Positions 1-11,800 of a stretch of DNA of 37,496 bases are shown one piece after another; position 1 is the first letter of the stretch, and each line of letters starts with the position of its first letter. The DNA lies in NCBI RefSeq assembly GCF_001194135.2, contig NC_068998.1, positions 29,741,469 through 29,778,964 on the forward strand. Reading direction: 5' to 3'. The position numbers were made by a program, and so were the translations under genes. The stretch comes from Octopus bimaculoides (taxonomy: Eukaryota). The notes under the pieces were generated by a model. The model was given only the letters and a program-made list of their open reading frames with translations, did not search any database and had not been told where the DNA came from.

Positions 1-683
1 TAAGCCTTAATAAAATATGGGAAAAGCTGGAGATGAATGTTTTGAAAACATTCTGAACTATCTTTCAGAATGGTTTACTTTTCAATGAAATGTCATTTTG
101 TTATTTTTCATGTTTTTATTCAATTAATCTGCAATTTTCTTCTTGTATTAGATGGATGACCCACCCTCCATTTACAGCAAGTAGCGAGCGTCTCGTTTTT
201 TACCTGTGTGCTAAATTCGACTACTTACGACTAACGCAGGCGCATGCGCAAATTTGTGACATGCACACTCCCAGAACTTGGATCCACACTTCTCCAGTAG
301 TGCCAAATTTTGGAACTGAGTTTGCACCCACTAAGCAAATTTTGTTCCCGGGCCACTGGTGGGGTCAAACCCATTCCGCGTCCATTCATTCTTTCATTTT
401 CATCCGAAATTATAATGTATTTATTCACTATATGTAATCTCATCGGATAAGTCCTCTATTTGTTCCGTGTATTGTCCCCTCTTTGTTTAACCCTTGTAGT
501 TTGAATAAAATCATCGTGCTAGTTCCACAGTTCGTGTGTTCATAGTTTAAAGATTACAGGTCGAGTTAGAGCGCTGGATTGTTGGTTCTTAAAAGATTGT
601 TGTTGCGTTCCATGTAGTAACAGCAGTTTGTTTCGATTATATTATTACACTGTTGCAGCGTATTCGTTTATCCATAAGGATAT

Positions 684-686
<3 letters not shown>

Positions 687-745
<59 letters not shown>

Positions 746-768
746 AAGAGAGAGAGAGAAAGAGAGAG

Positions 769-799
<31 letters not shown>

Positions 800-805
800 A
801 AGAGG
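687..805. repeat. (GA)n microsatellite
   Basis: Direct reading. Confidence 0.95.
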
Positions 806-1873
806 AAGATAGCAGTGGTGGTGGTGGTGTGTTGATAGTGAAAAGTATTCTTTTATTGAACTAATTTTTTTAATCAGTGACCATCGCATAGGTATAAGTG
901 CAATTATTTATCGCCTGCTCACTTAAAAAATTGATATTTGTTTATAAGGGTTAATTTAGCCTAAACTTTGGATTCACATGAAACACGGTTGCAGGCAGCC
1001 TGAGAAAGGATGCACAGAGTGGAACAGCAAGAAAATATATTAAAAAAAATGAAAAGGACAACACTGACGGAGACGCGAGAGAATGAATATTTAAAGAAAG
1101 CTAAACTATGAATACTATAAAAATGCAAATCATCCTTTCTTCCTTAAATAGGTCCACTTAAATGTTTCCATTCTGTGGAATTAACACGGGTCCTACTAGT
1201 TATCATTATTGTTGTTGTTGTTGTTATATTCCCTACTCTAAAATGTTTTACGATATAGAATGCATGTTCCATTTTCATCTTTTTTTTAAAGTATTTTCAA
1301 ACCTTTTCTTGGCCTCTTTATATATCTTGATCCTTTTTTTTTTCAACCAAGTTACTGCATATGGAAGATAAAGTGTTAGATATATTTCTGCCTTTCATGA
1401 AGTTGGCACAAGTGTGTTCCATTTCTCATTAATATTACGGAGTACTCCTCGTAAGAATAATGAAGAATGGAACATTAAAATGTTTAGTTTGGCTGCTTTT
1501 GCTGCTGGAGAGTTTCTTGATTACTAAACGATTCGTCATAGAATTTCTGTTATGCGAATTAAATAGGAATGGCTTGAGCATTCAGCTGGTGGATATGTTC
1601 TCTTTCTATAATTCTGCGTCCAGTAGAAGCAACTTCAATCAACTCAGGATTATTAAACCACTACGATTATCACCGATGCTACTAGAAAACAAAACAAAGA
1701 AAGTACGAGGTATACATCACGTAGTTGCCCGATTTTCTGGAGAAAACAGTCAAAGCCTTTCGAAAAACACATTGTATGATGAAAGGCATTTCAGCCTTCG
1801 AATGTCAGTCTACTCGATCAGGGCTGATCTGGACTAAACAACGAGAACAATAACACTACAAATTAATACTATT

Positions 1874-1883
1874 ATGAAATGGG
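1874..1883 (+). CDS. Putative coding exon 1 (ATG AAA TGG G), start of signal peptide
   Basis: attATGAAATGGG|gtaaat has A at -3 and a phase-1 donor. Splicing to 3072 gives [20 protein letters not shown], a typical signal peptide. This is inference; the true first exon could lie elsewhere. Confidence 0.55.
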
Positions 1884-4800
1884 GTAAATGGTGGCAATGA
1901 CAGAATTTGTAGAGAGATGGGGGAAATACCTTTATCTACTTTTTGCATTTCTTTTTTTCCAGAAACCGATAAAATGAATACCTGCTGTCTGATTTAACAC
2001 GGTCATCAAATAAATTTAGGTACATTTAATACATTTAGGTACATTTAATACATTTAGGTACATTTAATACATTTAGGTGAGAGAGATTTCCGTCAGAAAA
2101 TAACTTCCCCTGCTCACAGGGACACTGAAAAATGTCACGGATGTTATCCACGTTCCTTTAAACCAGGGGTGGGGAAACTTTTTAGTACGGCGGGCTAAAA
2201 TTTCCAAAGAAAAAGGTCCGCGGGCGGATCACAAGTTCTAACTCTTATATCTGTGTAAATCTTCTATATATCTATATTAATAAAGATAAGTTTAAGACAT
2301 TAAATTAACGCGTAACATCTTCATTAACGCCGCCACTGAATTTAGAACGTTTATATTGCTTATGAGGTATTCTATATTTTTCAGCTAGAGTGTAGTTGGG
2401 TCTCAAGGGGGTGGTACAAACCTAGCAGTATGTGGTTTATAGTGAAAACAACATTTCCATTCATATGGCAATTACCGGACGATTTTCTGTTCGAGTCTAA
2501 CCGTTTTAAGTCATAGTGGAAACGCAACTTTGGTCACAAATAAACATACGAATATTGTATAAATCTTATAATTGAAAAATTTACTATATTTTGTACATAT
2601 AAGTATACCAGCTTGCGGGTGCAATAAAATGGGCTCGCGGGCGTAATTTCCACACCCCTGCTTTAAACTAAGCCCTAAAAGAGAACTGGGGTGGATTCTG
2701 TTGGCTACAGCCTTCTTCAAAGAATGTGTGGTCTTGCACGAATACTGGAACTCATTGTTAAATGATCCAATATAAGCGTAAATGCCGCTCTTTGAATTAT
2801 AATATCAATCTTTCGAAAATGCATATTTCTATGCTTGTCTTTGTACTCATGTGAAAAACTCATTGTAAAGAGGGAACAAGTTGAGTACTGTAATGTAGAA
2901 ATATACTCGCAACGAACCCTAATCTAGGTTAATTTCATTTTATATTTCAAATACAATTAGGAAGGGACTTGGACCTCACACCAGCATATTTCTTTTTATT
3001 GTACCATTATTTATTCCACTTTTCACTCTCTCTATTTATCTCTCTCCCTCTCTCTCTCTCTCTCTCCGCAGTAATCTGGTTGGTGGTTATATTCATTTGC
3101 TATATAAATGGACAGACGTCCCACACAGCACCGTTACCGTTTATATTGGGTAACATTACAGAAATTGGTGATTTTTGCAAGAACTTTGAGGGATTCATAA
3201 GAATGCCACTTGACTGCCGAAATGCCTTTCAGTGCACTAGGACAGTGGCACGGGCTTTACCTACCTGTCCTATTGGACAAGTCTTCAGTTTACAGAAACA
3301 CGTTTGTGTTGATATTTCCGATACATTTAATGACTGTCAATTTTCTGGTAAGGAACATGCTTATTACCTTAAATCTTCAATTTTCTCTCTTATATCTGTT
3401 GCATTATATAGGTTCTCTTCCGTTCATCTCCCTCTCTTCCTCTCTTTTATTCTCCAATTTCTTTTCTCCTTCTCGTTCATTTTCGTTCTCGTATTCTTTT
3501 CTATCTTTTTGCTCCTCTTCTTTCTTGGGAATGAGTATGAAAATTGAAGTGAAAATGCATAGGTTTCGGGATATCAGGTACATTATTGCAGTAATCCAGG
3601 TCGTGTGTTTCAAATTTCAGATATATCCGTTCGCAAGTAGCAGATAAGTGAAAGGAGGTTCATTCGCCTTCATAGGATGCTACGCTATAGTTAATTTTGC
3701 TGTGGATGTATAAATGGGTTTCACGCTTTTACTGCGCATTTATTGTCGTTTTTGCGTTTTAGTTGCGCTATGTTGAAGTGATAAAGTATTTGACGGTTAA
3801 GGTTCTCAAACATTTGAATTTCAGTTGATTGGAAAGGGTGTCTGCTAAAGCAATCATATATCGACTACATTGCTGACTTTATTGAAATCCAATACGAAGT
3901 TCTACACAACAGTCCGGCAAAGAACCAGTTTTTTTATGAAGTGGAACTAACTTTAATCAACCAAGGGTTAAAAACTATTGTTCGAGGAGGTAAGTAATTA
4001 GATTGATAGTTGGCTCCCGTTGTCATTTTTATGAATATATTCTTTTGTAATATTCATGCTAAGTAGCATATACGCACGCATGCACATTCACATATATACA
4101 TACATGCACATACATATACTTATACATGCAGTACTTATACACCAGTATTTCACTGTAGCCTATACTGGTGACTTTTGCAGGTAATACTTCCAAAAACGTG
4201 TTCCAAAAAACTAGTTAACATCACTTTTACTGCAGAATGTTGAGTCTTGAATTTCTTTTCCGCAGGCATTTCCGGATGTTGCCGCTCCATACTTTGCCTT
4301 TTGAGACCCAGATCTCATCTCCTGTGACTATTCTCCCCCAAACAGCTTCGTCTTCATAGTTGTAGTGATGGAGTAAACGTTGACAGATCTACATATGCGC
4401 TTTGGTAAGCTCTCTTGACACCCATCTCGCACAGATCCTATGGAAGCGAAGTTGTCATGGATGACTTAGTATGCAGAACCATGACTGATTTGAACCTCTC
4501 AAGCTTGTTGAATTTTCACGTCAATGGTGGAGGTCGATGTGAGTCCTGCTCTCTCTTCGTGCTTCACGTTTGTCCAGTCACTTTTAAACTTCTCGATTCA
4601 CCATTACACGCTTCTAGGCGGTTGAACACTGTCCACTCAATGTACTGAAAGCCTGCGATGAATTTCAGCCCCTGGCACATCTTCAGACCAGAGAAATTGG
4701 ACCACTGATCTCTCTGTGCTTCCTTGGGGTACACTGCCAGCGGAACAGCCATGTTTACTCTGCAACACAAGAAAGAAAATTAGAGTGATCAAGGTCAACC

Positions 4801-5836
4801 ATTGGTTACATAACTACAAGTGTACCACTTTTTAGCATATGAGTGCTAAAGGCGGTGCAGCCAACCTAAAATAAGTTCTGGCGAAAGTACAAATAATTTT
4901 TGACTTCTAAAGACTTAAAATCTAATTACCTTAAAAACTAGTTTCACGACTAAGGCTTAAAAAGTAGTCTTTTTCGATATATGCTGTGTTCTGCGTAAAT
5001 GTTTATTAATAACTGCGTGTGTGTTAAGGCGGCGAGCTGGGAGAATCGTTAGCACGCCGAGCAAAATGCTTAATGGCATATACTTCGATGACGCCTATAA
5101 ATATACACGACAGCGTGTTTGTATATGCACAGTGTATGAAAGCGTTTGCTTATTTATTTATCCAGCAATTAATATTTCGGCAATATTTATTCCTACATAT
5201 CTATCTATACACATATACACACGCGCATATATTGCCTTTAAATTTTGGCACAGGGCCAGTAATTTCGGTGGTGGATTAAGTCGATTACTTCGATCCTCAG
5301 TAATCAACTGGTATTTATTCTATCAACCTCGAAAGGATGAAAGGCAAAGTCTACCCCGCTGGAATCTGAACTCAAAACGTAAAGATGTATGGCTGCGGAA
5401 CTCTAAGCAGATGCATACACTGTTATTTTCTTCATACACAGAAAAAATAAAGAAATTTGTTGCTGCATGCTCCATGGTTCGCTGAACATTCGTTGGAAGA
5501 CAAGTAACGGATTGAAAAAAATTTCCAACCACCAGAATTTTAAAAGATTTTCTACACTGATATTTAACTCAAATCACAGTCATTTTTTGTAGAAATAAAT
5601 AATCAAAAGCCTTCAAAGTTAGGTAATTTTAGCCAGTTGATAATCTCAGTTGCCGACATACCGGAGGTCGCAACTGTCTGGGTCCATGAGAATATCATTA
5701 AAATGTATCTCTTCCTCTTAGGAGTGTGATTCTGTTTTTGTATTCCTGAATGACAGAACAAACAACCGTCCGTCCGTCCGTGTGTGTGTGTGTTGTGTTG
5801 TGTGTGTGTGTGTGTGTGTTGTGTGTGTTGTGTGTG

Positions 5837-5885
<49 letters not shown>

Positions 5886-8800
5886 TGTGTGTAGGAGTTA
5901 GGGATCGGCAGCCCTGTCGTTGTTGATTACGAGGTATGTACGGAGGATCTACTCTGCCGCCCATTAAAGATTGGTGGTTCAGTTTTGAATAACGAGACAA
6001 TGTTTTCGAAATGAAACTAAAGCAAAAGTAGGACGTGACCTGAACAGTGGGCTTCCAGCTGTGTGTTGTCGTTAGACACGAGAAATAGTACTTTGCGTAG
6101 TGTGTTCTTGGAATCGTGACACTCTATTACAGTGCATTCGAACAACGATTCTGCGTAGAACAACGATATACAGCGAGCGAGCATATTCACACATTCCAGA
6201 GATATCAGGTGACCAGAATGGTGAGTTCACAAGACGGTACCTACAGGAGGAAAGCACTTGGACTGGCCTCAAGTGAGAAAATAAACAGCACTGTGGCATT
6301 CATTCTTTCTAAAGTAGATTCGTATCTCTGCGAGTTCATGAGGCGCCACAGGTACAAAATGTACGATCTGTTCGAATCACTCAAAGAGTGCTTCGAACAG
6401 ATCATCATTGATGCTGACTTGTTTTCTTCCTATTTAATCGAAAAACTTTTTCAAGTTGCATAACATTTTAATCGTATTTAATCAAATTTTTTCATCTGCG
6501 TAACAATTTTTGTTTTCTTTCATTAAATTCTTTTCATTAAAAAAAATAAAATTTCATAATGTTTTTCTCTTCTTATCGTCGGCACAACGATAAAGGTAAG
6601 AGTGTTCCCATGGAAACAAAGAATTGCGCCTTCTGATATGTCACAATGGAGGCTAAAATTACATAACTTTATAGACATTTTCATTGTTAATTTCTGGAGA
6701 AAATGAATGTGGTTTTCATCATCAGCATGCAAATCCACAGCACTGCATAAGATTTGAAAAATTATGGTAGTTATTTGAAAAAAATTCCAGTAGCTGGGTT
6801 TTTTTTTTTTTTTTTTTTACAGGCTGATTAAATAATTGACTATTCATGCACATCACAATGTGTATTTGAAAATCTTAGAATCGGGTAAGAACTAAAATTG
6901 ACTATTTAAACCTAATTCGGTTTTATAATTTTTTCAATGCTATTAGAACTATACATATATTTTCCAGCAGTCAATATCCAGAATATATTATCTGGTGATA
7001 CAACTTCGGCAAGCATATAATTTTACACGAATTTGTCACATTTACACCACAATGTACTGGGCATCGGTTCAACCGACAATGGCCTCCTCTACTCAATATA
7101 TGTATCTTTATGCAAAATTAAGAGTGGTAAAATACAGAATCGGTGGAGCACCAGATAAATTGATTTGCAATATTTAGTAGCATCCATTTACATCCATTTC
7201 CATTCAGAACTCAAATTCAGCTTAGATTGACTTTGTTTTTCTTCCATCAAAGGTTGATGGATTAGATACTAATAATGGATTAAAATAAATTCATTCGTCT
7301 ACACTACTCTCTTCAGTTGTAGGTGTTTATTCTTCACTTTGTTGCTGATATTCTTAACCACTTCCCCAACTTTCATTTTTGTTTTATAGCCTCAGCACAA
7401 TCTCTGATATAAATATATTCCCTCTTCATGCCTGTCTCTGTTTCCATTCATTCTTTTCTTTTGTTAAAGATTCTTAGTTTATTTTCTTCTCTTTTCTATT
7501 TTTTCTATCACCTAAAGAATGGAAAATCTACTTCTGCAACATCATGAGAATATCTTCTACTGATTTGGACAAAGCCTATGGTGTAATGTTTGAACACACA
7601 CAAGGTTGCCTGTACGAATTATCTCTAACAAAACACTTCAAGCCGATTTATCCAGGTCAGTCATTCAAGATACGATACTGGGTCGAGAACTGGTCAGTGG
7701 CCAAAACTGACGTAATGCCAAACTGGTTTGTGAAAGCCAAGAACTTAAAATCGCGTGTTTTAAAAAGTACTGCTGGTGAAAGCTTAAATTTCGTGAAACC
7801 TTTTAACAAACCCAACCAGTACAAAAGGCAAGGTCCTTTGGATAAATTCCACCCTTATTCTCCAAGTGAACGTTATGGTGTAAACGCATTACCAACAGAA
7901 GTGCATCAAAAGAAGGCAGCTGAAAGAATTATACCCAAGCCTCAAATGTACATAAGAAATTCTCACAAACAAATGCTTATCCATCCAAATGATTGGGTGA
8001 TTGTAACAGCAAAAGAAACTATTGATGAAGCACAGTTCCTCTCAGGTATGTTATATTCTTTATTCTTCAGAAAAATTTGGGAGAGTCTATATGTGTGAGA
8101 TAAATTCTGGGCAACTGAACGTATGGAACCTAATTTCGATTTCCAATTTGAACTAACAATTTGAACAGGCTATTTCATGCTTTAATAGCAAATAGATTCT
8201 ATTGTCAATGAGTTCGCTACACCTACATTGTAATTTTCAGCAAAGATATAAATATTGCAACTTCCCATTCAGATAAATTTCAGCACTGAGAAGATAAAAT
8301 CCTAGTTACTTGTTACTGAAGTCTATCATTTGATTATGACTCCTATTTCAATGCAACGCACTAAACTTACATTGGTTATGACATTAGTAAACTTACTAAC
8401 CTCATAACTTCCCATTTCTATCTATATTCTAAAATACTTAGTTCCCTTGTCTACGTGACAAAATTACTTTATTAACGGTGAACGGTATTATCAATGCGCC
8501 TACTGTTGTATAATATTGATATTTATGTATTTGGCATACATTTTATATTTTTTACACGGTATTTATTTTATATTTTACATCATACTACCACCTAAGAAGC
8601 AAATCAAAATATATTTTATTGTGTATCTATTTAAAGCTGCCTGCCAAAGTTGACCTGTCTTAGAAGAAAAGTACTATATCTGAGCATACTATATGTAGAA
8701 TTTGTGTTCTACTCTTTAACAGATTTAGCTATCATCCTTTGAAATCAGTGACGAAAACTGTCGTCACGAGATTGTGTTTGGGTCACACTAACTTCATGGA

Positions 8801-11800
8801 CATGTGCGCGCACACACATACGCGCACGCACACACACACGCACACACACGCACGCACACACGCACACACACACATGCACACCACACGCGTGCACCCACAC
8901 ACGCACACACACACATGCATACACCTACACGTATACGTCTAATACATACATACATACATACATACATACATACATAGGATCCAGAAGTATCTCCCATATT
9001 TTCTTTGTTGATGACCTGAAACTGTATGGGCCAAATATCAACCACATAAAAATGCAATTGGACCCTATAATTCAATTTTCTACAGACTCTGGGATGAAAT
9101 TTGGTGAGTCCAAATGGCTATTTTTGATAATAAAACGTGTAAAAGTTCTGTCCTCTTCTGAAAATCGAAGAATGAACGGCTAGACAGTGAAGCTTCAACA
9201 GTCAGATGATAATTATAGGTATTATGAACAAGATGAGTATGTCAGATATAACGGACCCATAAATAAGGAATGAATACATCGAGAGAGTAAAAAGAATATG
9301 GTCATCAAGACTCTCGGCTTAAAACAAGCATATTGCCCACAACACCTTTGCAGTGCCTGTCTTCACACCGACGTTTAGCCTTCTCAACCGGTTACTACAA
9401 GAGCTCAATGAGATAGATGTTCGAACTCGCAAGCTGCTCAGTGTTACAGGAAACTTCAACATCAATGGAGATGTAGACAGGCTGTACTTCCCACGCAAGG
9501 ATGGTGGTCGTGGTCTCAAATCTGTATTGATGGGATATAAATCACGTATTGTGACACTGAAGCAACATCTGCAAGCAGAGGAAGGAGACCAGTTACTACT
9601 TTGTCCAAGGTATGACCATGAAATTAATAATATGACTAGGATAACTAATGAACTTGAGGAGGGGTATGAAATAAAAGCTGATACAGAGCTATCCCTAAAG
9701 AGCATTGATAAAATCTATTTATCAGAAGAACATTATAAAAAATGGACCAGTTATATGAGAAGATAGTCCCAGGGTACTTGACACGAAAAACACAAACCAC
9801 AGAAGGAATCGATCATGTCAAAAGCTTAGCTTGGAGTAACAAGTTTATGACCCTTTGAAGGCTATCTCCATACATTCAAGAACAAGAGATCCCTACCAAG
9901 TACATACAGCATTAAAGGCAGAAAACCAAAACTGTGAGAGAATGTCAAGATATCATCTTCCCATAAGATATGATGCAGTGACCAGAACTGTCTGGAACAG
10001 GATAGAAAAAAAAAATACCTCAGGCGAATTTTACCATGGGTCAAAAGAATATTGGTGGAACTTGAAAATTAAAGCAGCCATTGAACTAAAACACAAGGGC
10101 AGGTATTGTTGTGTAGGACGACGAGAAAAAGATACGTTCTGTTGTGGAAAACAACTTCCCTCTGGACACCAATGTGGTAAGAATAATACAAGAGAAAGAA
10201 GACATCTATGGACATTGATAAGGTGGTTGTAAATCCATTGCCCAAGATATACTTTTAGCTATATACCTATTATTATTGGAGGAACAGCATACATACCAAC
10301 CCGTCTAGAGTAAAGTATGGCTGAGCTTGAGATCTTTGGGAGAGAATACAAATCCTTAATAGAAACACTACAAACTATTTTCCATTTGAAGCAATGCATC
10401 GGTTCAGACGCGTTTTCCACTGTTCAAAGCAGTCCTGGAACTCTTGCAAAGTGATGCCTTTTAACGCCTCCATTGTTTTTTATCTTCACCTCTTCCACAT
10501 CTGCAAAACATTTTCCTTTAAGGACTTTTTTCATTCGGGAGAACCAAAAAAGTCGCTGGGAGCAAGATCGGGTGAATAGGTAGGGTGAATAAGCGAGGTC
10601 ATGCCATTTTAGGTCAAAAACTGCCTCACAGTGTGATGAAACCACCACTCTCAACTTTGTCACAGGTCAGAGCCTTTTCGTCTCACCGCGTCTCACAAAC
10701 GCTTCAGAACTTCCAAGTAAAATGTCTGGTTAACAGTTTGACCAGGAGAAACAAATTGTGTGGGCAATTCCTTTTGCCTCAATGAAACAAAGCAGCATCG
10801 TCTTGACACTGGACTTCACTTGGCGCGCTTTTTGGAGGCGCGGTAACATTGAATGCTTCTATTGACTTGATTGTTGCTTCGTTTCCGTGTCGTAACCGTG
10901 GTACCAGCTTTCATCAAGAGTGATGACCTTCGAAAAAACTCCTGATCCATTTCCAACTATTCTTTCAGTTCACGACAAGCATTCAGTCGTGACTACTTTT
11001 GATCTTCCTTGAGCAAGTGAGGCACAAAGTTTTCTGCAACTCTTTTCATTCGCAATTCCTCGCTCAAAATTTGTTGGCGTGATTCGTTCGGGAGGTTCGA
11101 CGATTAACCTGGGCAAGGTTGGGCTTCAAGCAACAAGTGCCCATTCCTAAAGTGTGAAAACCACTCGTTTTGCTCATGGAAGCGTCCTTGTGAGCTGTTT
11201 GAAACATGACAACTGTTTTGGCTGTCGATTTCCCCAGAAGACAACAGAATTTCACGGAAGTACACTATTCCTTCGTTTCAGCCATCGCAAAAATCGACGA
11301 ACAGAGGAGAAACACTGCAAAACAAAATCGTACCTCGTGGCAGTACGACCGCAGCAAATGATGCTGGTCGGCAGACTGAGGCCTGAGGGTCACATCAAAT
11401 GGTTCCTAGCGGCTGAAGTCTGAACTACAACTGGCTTGTCCCACAGAGAACCTTTCCAGTTACTTTTGGATACCTCCTCGTATACATAGATATATACATT
11501 TAATTTATGATATTATGCTAGCAGTTTTTAAGTAACAGCTGTGGTGTTTTGCTGTTTCGCAAACAGTTAGATTCTGAATTTTACATAACTACGTTTATGT
11601 AAATGTGGAAAAATGGTTAACAGACTATCCCGTTAAAATTACATACAATGGGTTTTGTATCTGGTTTGCAAAATTCTTTATGTGAATTCGTGTGTTGAAG
11701 CAAATTATGATGTATCTGGGGAGAGTCGCATTGTCTTAATGCCTTGTTATCTAAAACACTCACCGGTTCGATTTCCACTCATTTATTTTTTGTATTTTTT

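Noticed and set aside
90-480. GC-richer segment at the window start with overlapping ORFs
   Set aside because: No protein motif, TIR or TSD could be identified. Probably an unclassified repeat, so left uncalled.
628-889. ORFs with ER/SL, HT/CV or poly-Ile runs (also near 5700-6000, 8740-9075, 17070-17435, 24300-24780, 37060-37380)
   Set aside because: Translations of microsatellites.
1460-1837. 125-aa ORF upstream of the putative first exon
   Set aside because: No recognisable motif or convincing splice context. A weak TACGAGG mariner-TIR-like string near 1704 suggests repeat debris, but I could not support a call.
2014-2078. Short regular repeats as a possible CRISPR-like array (also 30822-30857)
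   Set aside because: Contiguous tandem units with no spacers, in eukaryotic DNA.
2697-2722. Minus-strand UUGAAGA-A-GGC-UGUA-GCC resembling a hammerhead 5' half
   Set aside because: C3 and the GAAAC/NUH half are absent; too degenerate to call.
2969-3547. 192-aa ORF looking like a single-exon membrane protein with a Cys-rich domain
   Set aside because: Only 3072-3347 is coding. The flanks are (TC)n and pyrimidine-rich intron read in frame, bounded by clear splice sites.
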